Shown: piece by piece, positions 1 through 8,709 of the stretch
How the letters are laid out: each line of letters begins with the position of its first letter
Position numbering within the stretch: the stretch's first letter is position 1
DNA from: a virus
Taxonomy: Duplodnaviria; Caudoviricetes
Virus record (IMG/VR): IMGVR_UViG_3300029171_000018
Coordinates: 1 to 41,578 of that record
Length of the DNA: 41,578 nt
Strand: one strand, 5' to 3'
Program-made: the position numbers and the translations under genes
Notes under the pieces: model-generated
Databases searched by the model: none
Seen by the model: only the letters and a program-made list of their open reading frames with translations
Told to the model about the DNA's origin: nothing

Positions 1-17
1 GTTTCCCAGTCACGATC
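1..17 (+). other. Random-amplification (SISPA/round A-B type) primer tag, library artefact
   Basis: GTTTCCCAGTCACGATC is the widely used random-PCR primer tag (M13-forward-like); its reverse complement is at the other end. Confidence 0.9.
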
Positions 18-1118
18 CCTGAGGATCGTGGCGGTGGTGGTGGTGGAGGGACAGTAACTGGTACTGGGGTGCCTACCCGTATTGCTTTCTGGGATTCTGT
101 CACCAGCATTTCTTCTGACGCTAGTCTATATTGGGATAACGTTAACAAGCGGCAGGGGATAGGGACATCAACTCCGACTGCTACTTTAGACGTTCTTCAA
201 CCAGTTGCAACTTCAGGGGCTCCACAAGCTTTGTTAGTGACTGGTGGCGCGCATACTGGTCTTCCTTCAGCTACAGAAGTCGTCGATATTTATTTTGATC
301 TTTCCAGAAATGTTGAGATTAGTGGTGGTGATTATTTACTCCAACGGACAATAGTTATTGATCCGCCTACTTATGATTATACTAGTCCAACGGATGTAGA
401 AACAGTCGTTGGGTTGTTTGTTAATGGCCCTCCTATTCAGGGAACCAATGCAACATTTTTTGTAACTCTCAGTTCCGGTGTCCTTGGGACGGATGTTCCT
501 AATTTCATAAATTTAAGTTTCGCTTCACAGAGCTGTGGAATCTCAGACGGGGTGGGAGATATCCCTTTCCGAGTGAATATGTATTTGTCGAATCAGAATA
601 TTCACTTGGGCGATCAGACAGCGACTTTAGATTCTTATTATTCTTTGTTGATTGAACAGCCTTCTTTTGACTCCACCACCAACACTAGGACGGTCACTAA
701 TGCGACCACGGTTTTAATTGCTGGGGAGCCCGTATCTACGGGGAACGTTGTTTTTACAAACACGCCGCTTTCTTTGGATGTTTCAACTGGGCCTTCTCAT
801 TTTGGCGGCACTGTAAGTTACAATTACGGGAACGCAGCCGCTGCGAATGATATGGTTTTAAGTTTAGGGGGGAATTTTATCAACGTTACCGGCTCGACAA
901 ACATTCAAAGGATGTCCACTGGTGGCGGGTTCTTGAACGCAGAGATCACTTTATTCTTCATAGACCCTGTTATTCTTGAGCATAACATCGCAAGTGGCGG
1001 TGGGTTTAATGGCTTGTTGTTGGCGGCTTCAGTTGATTATTCAGCAGCGGCTGGGGACAACATTACCTTTGTGAATGACGGGACGAACTGGAGAGAGATC
1101 AGCAGGACAGCCGCTTAA
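18..1118 (+). CDS. Tail fibre/adhesin-like protein, 5'-truncated
   Basis: Frame is open to the window edge (..GGGGGGGTVTGTGVPTRIAFW..). Has the WDNVNKRQGIGTSTP module; its C-terminal domain is paralogous to that of 37782-40136. Confidence 0.75.
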   Translation, partial: PEDRGGGGGGGTVTGTGVPTRIAFWDSVTSISSDASLYWDNVNKRQGIGTSTPTATLDVLQPVATSGAPQALLVTGGAHTGLPSATEVVDIYFDLSRNVEISGGDYLLQRTIVIDPPTYDYTSPTDVETVVGLFVNGPPIQGTNATFFVTLSSGVLGTDVPNFINLSFASQSCGISDGVGDIPFRVNMYLSNQNIHLGDQTATLDSYYSLLIEQPSFDSTTNTRTVTNATTVLIAGEPVSTGNVVFTNTPLSLDVSTGPSHFGGTVSYNYGNAAAANDMVLSLGGNFINVTGSTNIQRMSTGGGFLNAEITLFFIDPVILEHNIASGGGFNGLLLAASVDYSAAAGDNITFVNDGTNWREISRTAA

Positions 1119-1342
1119 TGCAAACAATCGACCAAGCTTCATGGCCTAAGATTGGGATTATTATTTCGGCAATAACAGCGATTGCAGCAGGCGTTGCTGC
1201 GCATTTTGACGGCATCAGTTCTTCTAAGAACTACACAGATCAAAGAATAGATAGATTAGAACTAAAGATTGATAAGACTTTTGATAAACTTTCTCAGATG
1301 CAATCGGATATTTCAGCGATAAAGGTTAAGGTAAATGATTGA
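1118..1342 (+). CDS. Small membrane protein (one TM helix plus coiled coil), possible lysis accessory/holin
   Basis: Hydrophobic IGIIISAITAIAAGVAA followed by a heptad-like tail; directly upstream of the endolysin. Confidence 0.5.
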   Translation: MQTIDQASWPKIGIIISAITAIAAGVAAHFDGISSSKNYTDQRIDRLELKIDKTFDKLSQMQSDISAIKVKVND

Positions 1343-1715
1343 GCAGTTTGCTAAAGGCGAGGCTTTTCAGCTTTCCAAGAATTTCACATCAGAAGAAATG
1401 GATTGTCATTGTGCCTATGCGGACTGCTTAATCACTTACATTGATCTGGAGTTGATTGATAAGCTTCAGCAGAAACGAGAAGAGTGGGGAGTGCCAATCT
1501 TTATTACCAGCGGGTTTCGTTGTACTAGGCACAACTCTGAAGTTGGTGGGAAGAAGGGTTCCCTGCACTTGGTTGGTAAGGCCGCAGACATCAAAGCTGA
1601 AGGGCTTGAGCCTTGGAAGGTTGCCAGTCTTTGCGAAGACTTCGATGGGTTAGGACGATATCCGACATTCACCCATGTAGACGTGAGAGGGTATAAGGCT
1701 AGATGGAAAGGGTAG
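1335..1715 (+). CDS. Peptidase M15 family endolysin (Zn peptidase)
   Basis: NFTSEEMDCHC, ITSGFRCTRHN, SLHLVGKAAD and FTHVDVRG motifs typical of Peptidase_M15_3. Confidence 0.9.
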   Translation: MIEQFAKGEAFQLSKNFTSEEMDCHCAYADCLITYIDLELIDKLQQKREEWGVPIFITSGFRCTRHNSEVGGKKGSLHLVGKAADIKAEGLEPWKVASLCEDFDGLGRYPTFTHVDVRGYKARWKG

Positions 1716-1718
1716 ACG

Positions 1719-4379
1719 ATGCCAGCAGATCAATCAGTGGGACTGCGATACAACCCGATTTATGATTTCTCCGGGGGCATGTCGACCAATTACAACTTCA
1801 CGCGCGTGAAGCGCAACCAGATGAAATACGCCTTGAACGGCGTGTTGACTACTGATGGCAGCTACGAGAAGCGTCGAGGTAGGACTAAGCTTTACGACCC
1901 AGCGATCACTGGGAACCCCATAATCAATTCACTTCATACTTTAGGCCAAGCAACGAACGCTGACCTGATTTTCGCCGGCACATCGGCTGGAGAGCTGTAT
2001 GAAGTCTCTACCGGAACGCCTGCGTTGCTTCAGACAGGGTTGTTTGCTGGAGCTTATCTAGCATCCACCAACCTGGATAACTTTGCGTTCTTCTGCAACG
2101 GTGTTGACAAGCCGTTCATGACGCAGGGGACGGCGGTCACGACTTACGATGTGGGCATTGTCCCAGTAACAGCAGTACAGTTTGCAGGGTTTACAGTCAC
2201 GCCTTCAGCTGGTGGGGATGGTACTATAGGCACTCATCAATTAACGATGAGATATCGATCTTCGATTACTGGAGCCAGGTCTAACCCTTACATTGTTGGA
2301 GAAGACATCCAGTACACGACGGTCGCGTTAGTGCTTGGGACTCAGACTTACGATGTCAATATTGCTGCCGCCGCAGTTTCAGCTGATCCTCAAGTTGATT
2401 TCATCGACGTGTTTGTTCAGTTCGCAGGTGTTACCGATCCAGCCGCTCCAGCGTACTTCCTCGGGACAGTCCCTAACGCTGTTGGGGTAACGAGCTTCGG
2501 CACCGATGTCTCCGACGATCTCCTGGGCCTCGGCGAAGTGATCGACATTGACGACAACCAACCGCTCGTTACCATGCGAGACATTGAGGCGTGGCGTGGC
2601 CGGCTGCTTGGGATTATCGACGATTACCACGTCCGCTACTCCAAGAGCAGGTTCGACGCGAACACGTTCGTGAACTTACCGACTTCGTGGCCAATGACGA
2701 ACGATCTGGAAGTAGGGTTCGGAGATGGAGATCCGTTAATCAAGGTTGTTATTTTCAACGACTACGTCTTCGCTTTCAAGCGCAGGTCGATCTGGATGTT
2801 GATGGGGGATTTTGATTCTCCAGGGTTTGGGTTCAAGCGGCTCAAGACTAACTACGCCAATGCTGGGCTTATCAATCAAAAGTCAGTGGTTCAGGCTGGC
2901 GAGAGAGTTTTCTTCGTTAGTGATGATTTAAAATTCTATTGGTTCGCCCCTACAGATTTCGACACGACACAGATTCGTTTATCGTCTCCGCCAGGGTCTG
3001 AAGACATCGCCAATCTATTTACCAACATGACTTCACAGTTCCGTGATTTCGTGAACGTCACAAACTTCAACTTCGCCCAGCACACGCAGGTTCAGATCAA
3101 TTTCGCCGATGGTCTTTCAGGGTTCACAGCGACCGAGAACTTCAACTCGTTCGTTTACGATTACACGGTGAATGGAGGGCAAGGTGGTTGGACGATCAAC
3201 AGTCAGGTTGAGGCGGCGAGTTCCGTCCTTGCCCGTGACAACACTCGCAATTACTTCGTTTACACAGGAGACTACTATGGGTTCGTTTGGAAGAACTCTC
3301 AGGGAGATGGAGACGGAGCCGAGATCAACGGGACTTCTTCTAGCTCTACGACTAGTTACCAGATTGATCTTGTCGGGATTGTGGGAACTTATCAAGTTGG
3401 TGAGACAGTTTCTGGATCGATATCGTTAGCGACCGGGACGGTAACGTTCGTGGGGACGACGCATATTGACGTGGAGCTTGACAACCCTGCTGTCAACTTC
3501 GTTACAGCCGAGGTGATCACAGGGCTAACTTCTGGCGCGACCGGGACCTCAACGGCTGTAATTGGAGGGCAGAACTACAATGAGCTTGTTCACGGGGCGG
3601 TGGTTGGTGGGCCTTTCATTGTGGGCGAAACGGTTATTGGGACGCCGTCGAACGCCCAAGGAGTCGTCATCTTCGTTGGGGTTGGGTTCATTCGTGTCAT
3701 CAACGTCGATCAAAACACATCGGCGAGCTTCCAGGTGGGGGACACGCTTACGGGCCAGACATCGTTGGCCACCACGACCATGACTGACGGGTTCGGTGTG
3801 TTGAAGGATGTCAACAAGACTTTCACTTCTGTGCTTATTGGAGTGTTTGCATCGATCTTGGAAGGGACTGGGGCTGATCAAGTTCGAAGGATCACGTCTG
3901 TCCCCGATTCGGTTACGGTTGGCGTTCAGCCGATGTGGTCATTCATCCCAGACAACACTTCCGAGTACACTATTGGCGGGATCGACTTCATGCTGTGGGG
4001 AAGAGACGACTGGCAAGACGACCAGGCTCCTCCGGACTTTGATAAGTATGGGTGGTTTGTAGACATCGATGTAGAAGGATCTGGTGCGTCTGATCCGAAC
4101 AACATTGGCTCTTTGTCGGTAAGCGTAGAGTTGTTAAGGGATCGATCTTTGCAGCCATCAGTGACTAGAGTCTTGATATTGGATTCTGCTGCGCTTTGGG
4201 GGATCGCGATATGGGGCTTTGACTTATGGGGCGGGCAGGCCGTGAACTACAAGACGGTAGGTTTTGATTTGTTATTCCGGCAGCTTTCCGTTAGGATACG
4301 GAACAGACTTGCCGGCCAGTTCATCAAAGTGAACGGGTACACAGTTTGTTATCAAGATTTGGAGCATGTACGACGATGA
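1719..4379 (+). CDS. Tail nozzle/stabilisation-like virion protein (P22 gp10/T7 gp12-like) with inserted domains
   Basis: N-terminal DFSGG..N..G..KRRG pattern, beta-propeller-like blades, C-terminal WGxAxWGxxxWG; lies before the ejection genes. Confidence 0.65.
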   Translation: MPADQSVGLRYNPIYDFSGGMSTNYNFTRVKRNQMKYALNGVLTTDGSYEKRRGRTKLYDPAITGNPIINSLHTLGQATNADLIFAGTSAGELYEVSTGTPALLQTGLFAGAYLASTNLDNFAFFCNGVDKPFMTQGTAVTTYDVGIVPVTAVQFAGFTVTPSAGGDGTIGTHQLTMRYRSSITGARSNPYIVGEDIQYTTVALVLGTQTYDVNIAAAAVSADPQVDFIDVFVQFAGVTDPAAPAYFLGTVPNAVGVTSFGTDVSDDLLGLGEVIDIDDNQPLVTMRDIEAWRGRLLGIIDDYHVRYSKSRFDANTFVNLPTSWPMTNDLEVGFGDGDPLIKVVIFNDYVFAFKRRSIWMLMGDFDSPGFGFKRLKTNYANAGLINQKSVVQAGERVFFVSDDLKFYWFAPTDFDTTQIRLSSPPGSEDIANLFTNMTSQFRDFVNVTNFNFAQHTQVQINFADGLSGFTATENFNSFVYDYTVNGGQGGWTINSQVEAASSVLARDNTRNYFVYTGDYYGFVWKNSQGDGDGAEINGTSSSSTTSYQIDLVGIVGTYQVGETVSGSISLATGTVTFVGTTHIDVELDNPAVNFVTAEVITGLTSGATGTSTAVIGGQNYNELVHGAVVGGPFIVGETVIGTPSNAQGVVIFVGVGFIRVINVDQNTSASFQVGDTLTGQTSLATTTMTDGFGVLKDVNKTFTSVLIGVFASILEGTGADQVRRITSVPDSVTVGVQPMWSFIPDNTSEYTIGGIDFMLWGRDDWQDDQAPPDFDKYGWFVDIDVEGSGASDPNNIGSLSVSVELLRDRSLQPSVTRVLILDSAALWGIAIWGFDLWGGQAVNYKTVGFDLLFRQLSVRIRNRLAGQFIKVNGYTVCYQDLEHVRR

Positions 4380-4693
4380 AGATATCTTTCAAGCCTGGTT
4401 ACTGCGCGCATTGCGGCGCTCAAGCGATGGTTACAGATACGGCAGGGCGACCGATTAAGGCGTTGCTTGGGTCGAAGTCTATCTGGTTGTGTTTGTGTGA
4501 TGAGGCGGGGAAGATCAAGACTAGGGTAGGGACTGTGAACCTATGCAAGGATTGCGAAGTAGGGACAGCGAGCGCTGAGGACATTAAGGATAACTTGATC
4601 AATTCCCGGCTATCAGGGGTTGGAGAGCTTATGCCAGAGATAGGCATGTATCCGAACTTGAAGCTAGAGCTTATCAAAAGGTACGGTGAGTAA
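4376..4693 (+). CDS. Small Zn-finger-like hypothetical protein
   Basis: ATG overlaps the upstream stop (ATGA); CAHC...CKDC. Confidence 0.6.
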   Translation: MKISFKPGYCAHCGAQAMVTDTAGRPIKALLGSKSIWLCLCDEAGKIKTRVGTVNLCKDCEVGTASAEDIKDNLINSRLSGVGELMPEIGMYPNLKLELIKRYGE

Positions 4694-5778
4694 TGGGGAA
4701 CTTCATTGTTTCACGACCGTTCATTTACGTGCTTGGCACGACGATCGATCCTGCCCAGAACAATCCTAACGAAACGACCATCTATGGCGGCCATAATGAT
4801 TCCATGAACGGGACGACTGGGCATGGGCATACTGGCGCGGTAGGGGATGGCCCTAAGATTACAGCGGCGGGGATAGATCTAAGTGGCCCGTTCACGTTCA
4901 CTGGCAACGTTACAATTAATGCTGATTTAACAGTCAATGGCAACTCGATCTTCAACGGGTTGATGGATCTCTATAATGGCAATGACTTCCGTGCTTTCTC
5001 TGACGCTGGCGTGACTCAGAAGTTCATTCTCGACGGAGCCACTGGGGACATCACAAGTTCTGGTAGTTTTACTGGCGTCAACGCGACATTGAGTGGCGCT
5101 CTTACTGTATCAACATTGACTCCTGGGAGTGTATTGTTCGCTGGAGTTGGGGGTTTAGTATCGCAAGATAATGCCAACTTCTTTTGGGATGATACCAACA
5201 ACAGGTTAGGGTTGGGGACAGCTACTCCAGCGGTTCAGTTTCATGTCGACAACACCATCTCTCACATGAGGGTTAGTGGCAGCACGGAAGCTAAGATTCA
5301 GATTGGTGGTACTGGGGTTGGGTACTCGTTCCAGGCTGACGGGGTTAGTGACTTAATCATTAATCGAGAATCACCTAGTTACGGTTTAGATACGCCGATT
5401 GTTTCGATAAGCCCTGATGGAGACATTGAATCGTTTAGTGGGGAATTGTTTCTTCCATACATCGACCCTCCGACTGCTGGGGGGATTAATGCTAATAGTT
5501 CAATTAAGTCTTTTGTTGATGTCAATTCGACCGGGACCGCAAATGCGAGTTACAACATGTCTTCAACTTCAAAAACGGGAACAGGAGATTATGAAGTAAA
5601 TTGGAATGTTGATTTTGTGCAATCTCCATGTGTTTCTATTTCAACAGTCACAATACTTAATCGATTAGCGTCTTACACAAATTTATCATTAGGCGCTATT
5701 CGTGTTGTAACGCAAAATGCTTCAACATCAACTTTTCTTGATACTAGATTTGCTTTATTAGCCAATGCGGATCAATAA
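4693..5778 (+). CDS. Tail fibre/spike-like protein
   Basis: GHGHTGAVGDGPKI anchor motif, FFWDDTNNRLGLGTATP module, C-terminal TGTGDYEVNW receptor-binding-like domain. Confidence 0.7.
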   Translation: MGNFIVSRPFIYVLGTTIDPAQNNPNETTIYGGHNDSMNGTTGHGHTGAVGDGPKITAAGIDLSGPFTFTGNVTINADLTVNGNSIFNGLMDLYNGNDFRAFSDAGVTQKFILDGATGDITSSGSFTGVNATLSGALTVSTLTPGSVLFAGVGGLVSQDNANFFWDDTNNRLGLGTATPAVQFHVDNTISHMRVSGSTEAKIQIGGTGVGYSFQADGVSDLIINRESPSYGLDTPIVSISPDGDIESFSGELFLPYIDPPTAGGINANSSIKSFVDVNSTGTANASYNMSSTSKTGTGDYEVNWNVDFVQSPCVSISTVTILNRLASYTNLSLGAIRVVTQNASTSTFLDTRFALLANADQ

Positions 5779-5780
5779 TT

Positions 5781-6251
5781 ATGAAGATCAGAATCTTTAA
5801 AAAATTGGATGGAGGAGTAATCTATAATTACCCCAATTCTTCAAAATATCCTAATCCAGAAGATTGTCCTATCCCTGAAAGTTTAAAAGATTTGCCTTAT
5901 GTAATCATGGAACATTCGGAAGCGCCTGTATCTGATTCCACGACTGGTGATTACCACGAGATGATCTACTTCGACGGCAATGATCTGAAGCAGGACAAAG
6001 AGTGGAAGGTGATGTTGATGCCTCCGTTCTTAATCAAAGAGAAGCAATTAGAGCGCTTGAACGATAAGATCGATGTTGAGCTTGAGAAGCCTGATCCGTC
6101 TCCGATTGAGATTGCTAGGTTAACAAGGGCTAAGGAGAAGCTGGCGACAGCTACTGATCAAACCCTGTATGCTCAGGCGTTAGCTAACATTGAAGAAGAC
6201 AATATTGACAAGCCTGTGATCAAGGCTAAACTGGAAGAGAAGTTAAAATAG
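5781..6251 (+). CDS. Possible tail fibre assembly chaperone
   Basis: Directly downstream of the fibre gene; charged 156 aa; call is positional only. Confidence 0.4.
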   Translation: MKIRIFKKLDGGVIYNYPNSSKYPNPEDCPIPESLKDLPYVIMEHSEAPVSDSTTGDYHEMIYFDGNDLKQDKEWKVMLMPPFLIKEKQLERLNDKIDVELEKPDPSPIEIARLTRAKEKLATATDQTLYAQALANIEEDNIDKPVIKAKLEEKLK

Positions 6252-6260
6252 GAGGTTGTT

Positions 6261-6689
6261 ATGGGTGGTTTCTTTTTAGAAGGGTTGCCTTCTTTTGGGA
6301 GTATGGGGCCTGGAGGTTATAGTGGGGGAACAAGCACTGGCGCTTCTCTTGGCTCAACTATAGGTGGGCTAGGCGGTAGCTTCTTGGGCCCATTAGGAAG
6401 CGCTGCTGGATCAGCCATTGGAGGATTGATTGGCGGTATTCCTGGATTGTTCGCAGGGCATAAACCCCCCAAGTGGGATCGGCAATATTTAGATCTCGGC
6501 TTCCCAATGTTGGCTTACTACATGGATCAGCTGGGTGATCCGTTGATGGAGCAGTATTTTAAGGGAAACAAAAAAGGCGCTCAGCGTTGGAAAGACACGT
6601 TTGGGGAATCGTTTGGCGATACCACTGGACGAGGTGGAGGTTGGGCGAACCCTACCGGGCAAGTTTCAGCCGGGATGTTCAGGTCATAG
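6261..6689 (+). CDS. Gly-rich putative ejection/internal virion protein
   Basis: Glycine-zipper GSTIGGLGGSFLGPLGSAAGSAIGGLIGG; AGGAGG RBS. Confidence 0.6.
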   Translation: MGGFFLEGLPSFGSMGPGGYSGGTSTGASLGSTIGGLGGSFLGPLGSAAGSAIGGLIGGIPGLFAGHKPPKWDRQYLDLGFPMLAYYMDQLGDPLMEQYFKGNKKGAQRWKDTFGESFGDTTGRGGGWANPTGQVSAGMFRS

Positions 6690-6698
6690 GAGATAATT

Positions 6699-7484
6699 AT
6701 GGCAACACCGAATCGGCATGAAGTTCCTGGAGGCATGTTTGGCAGTGGGCCAACCCTCAATAGACAGACATGGTATTCTCCCACCACGAATCTTGGTGAG
6801 TGGGGATCGAGGAAGTATGATCTGTCTGGGATCACCCAAGCAGCGGACATGATGAAGAACCAGGCGCCGCTTTCAATCCCGAAATACAACCCCTATCAAT
6901 TCAGCACGCCTTCATACCAAGACATTGGGGAGTACGGGTTAACGTCTGACGAGGACTATAACAACATGTTCCGTTCAGGCTTGCAGGCTGCTGGCGGGGC
7001 GCTCCGGAAGCAAGGCTCTGAGATTATGCGTGGGTTTGGCCAAGGGTTCGGTGGAGGCCGGCTTACTGGTGGGGCGGCTAAAGAGTTATTGATGAAGAAC
7101 TTGATGGGGCAAGGATCTGGGCTTCAAGACATTGCCAGCGGTCTATCCAGAGACATCATGGGCAGTAAGATTGGTGAAAGACAGACTGCTAGGGCCAGTG
7201 AGTGGCAGCAGAAAGCGGACATTGCAAGGCAGTTGTTCAGTGCAGAGCAGCAACGGCAACTGAATCAATCGTCGGCTGATTACAACGCTGCTGGGTTCAA
7301 TGCTGATCAAGCCAGGTACATGTCTACCGATCAGATGGATCGGGCTAGGAACTTGATGAGTTACGGCTTCCAGTTGCCGCAGTTACAGCAGGCATTGAAC
7401 ATCAACGCGCTGTCTCCGTTCACTAGCTTGATGGGGAACATGTATAGCGGCAGTCAATCAGCACGGACCAACCCTAATGCGTAA
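6699..7484 (+). CDS. Putative ejection protein
   Basis: Q/G/A/M-rich, Cys-free; podovirus ejectosome position; AGGAG RBS. Confidence 0.55.
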   Translation: MATPNRHEVPGGMFGSGPTLNRQTWYSPTTNLGEWGSRKYDLSGITQAADMMKNQAPLSIPKYNPYQFSTPSYQDIGEYGLTSDEDYNNMFRSGLQAAGGALRKQGSEIMRGFGQGFGGGRLTGGAAKELLMKNLMGQGSGLQDIASGLSRDIMGSKIGERQTARASEWQQKADIARQLFSAEQQRQLNQSSADYNAAGFNADQARYMSTDQMDRARNLMSYGFQLPQLQQALNINALSPFTSLMGNMYSGSQSARTNPNA

Positions 7485-7494
7485 GGGATAAGAT

Positions 7495-8709
7495 ATGGAC
7501 TTATCGTGGGGCATGCCAGAACTAGATTTGAACGAAGACATCCCGTCGCCTTTCGGGATGTTCCCGAACCGACAGGTTTCTGGGTCTCCTCTTTATCGTG
7601 AAGAAGAAGACGGTACGATGGTTGCTCATCCGATGGGGATGGACACGACCGTTAGCGATGACGACAAGGATGATGACGATCTACCTCCTATGTCTGGTCA
7701 GATGTTGGCTCAAGGGAAGAAGGGTTGGGATTGGGGTGAGTTTGGAGCTGGAGTTCTGTCCACAGCGGTCCCCGGGTTGATCGGAGGGCTTGGAACCTTA
7801 GGTACGAAGAAGAGCTGGAACGAGGGAGCGATGCCAGCGGTTCAGGAAGTCATGAAGCAACGAGCCGCTCAGGAAGCGGCGTTGCAGAAGCAAAGAGAGT
7901 TGTATCAGCTCAAGATGATGCTGCCGCAGAAACCTCCTACTAAGCCAAGTGGTATTCAAGAGTTTGAGTATTATCAAGGTTTAGATCGTGCCAAGCAACA
8001 GCAGATGTTGGAATTTAAAAATGCTGGCAAGATGATGATTAATCCATTCCAAGAAAAGAAGTTTGAAGCGGATGAAGCCTATCGCAGGTGGAAGAAAGAC
8101 TTCGATGAACGCCAATTAATTGCGAATCAAAATAAGGCAATGAATAAACCTCTTTCTTCTGAAGCTGCTTCAAAACTTCAGATGGCTCAAGAAGGCATTA
8201 TTATTACTCAGAAGCTAAGAAAGAAAATCGAAGAGGGGAATACTTTAATGGGAGCGGGGCTCCCTTATGGGCTGGGAGATATTGAGACAAGAAAAGATTT
8301 AGATAATTTGAATGACATCATTACCCGGAACCGATCTGGAGCCGCTGTTCGCGAAAGAGAGACTGAGATTTATTCCAACATTAACCCTAACTGGAAAGAT
8401 TCAAAAGCTGCAAAACTAAGAGCATTGGACTTAAGAGAAAAAGGATTCAGGACGGTAATGGGAGCTATTTTGGCTGGAAGAGAGAACCCTGAATTCCAAG
8501 AAGATATTGGAATCCCTAGTATACAAGGGACTCCGCAGGATAAAAATATTATTGGGAAAGAGACAACGTCAATCGGAGGCGTTGTGCAGCCGAGCAAAAC
8601 CCCTTCAGTGAAACCTCCCATGCCAGATCAAGACTTAATTGATTGGGCTCAAAGTCATCGTGATGATCCTAGGTCAGAAATTATTCTGAAAAATGCAGGG
8701 CTACTATAA
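7495..8709 (+). CDS. Putative ejection protein
   Basis: Cys-free and helical; PSGIQEFEYY and RNRSGAAVRERE-type segments resemble podovirus injection proteins. Confidence 0.55.
   Translation: MDLSWGMPELDLNEDIPSPFGMFPNRQVSGSPLYREEEDGTMVAHPMGMDTTVSDDDKDDDDLPPMSGQMLAQGKKGWDWGEFGAGVLSTAVPGLIGGLGTLGTKKSWNEGAMPAVQEVMKQRAAQEAALQKQRELYQLKMMLPQKPPTKPSGIQEFEYYQGLDRAKQQQMLEFKNAGKMMINPFQEKKFEADEAYRRWKKDFDERQLIANQNKAMNKPLSSEAASKLQMAQEGIIITQKLRKKIEEGNTLMGAGLPYGLGDIETRKDLDNLNDIITRNRSGAAVRERETEIYSNINPNWKDSKAAKLRALDLREKGFRTVMGAILAGRENPEFQEDIGIPSIQGTPQDKNIIGKETTSIGGVVQPSKTPSVKPPMPDQDLIDWAQSHRDDPRSEIILKNAGLL

Noticed and set aside
1-19. 19-bp terminal inverted repeat with 41560-41578, suggesting a transposon or protein-primed linear genome
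   Set aside because: 17 of the 19 bases are the random-amplification primer tag, and both ends cut through ORFs
6249-6701. In-frame TAG stops followed by ATG nine bases later (readthrough or recoded genetic code)
   Set aside because: Explained by TAGGAG stop/Shine-Dalgarno overlap; large genes are intact in the standard code
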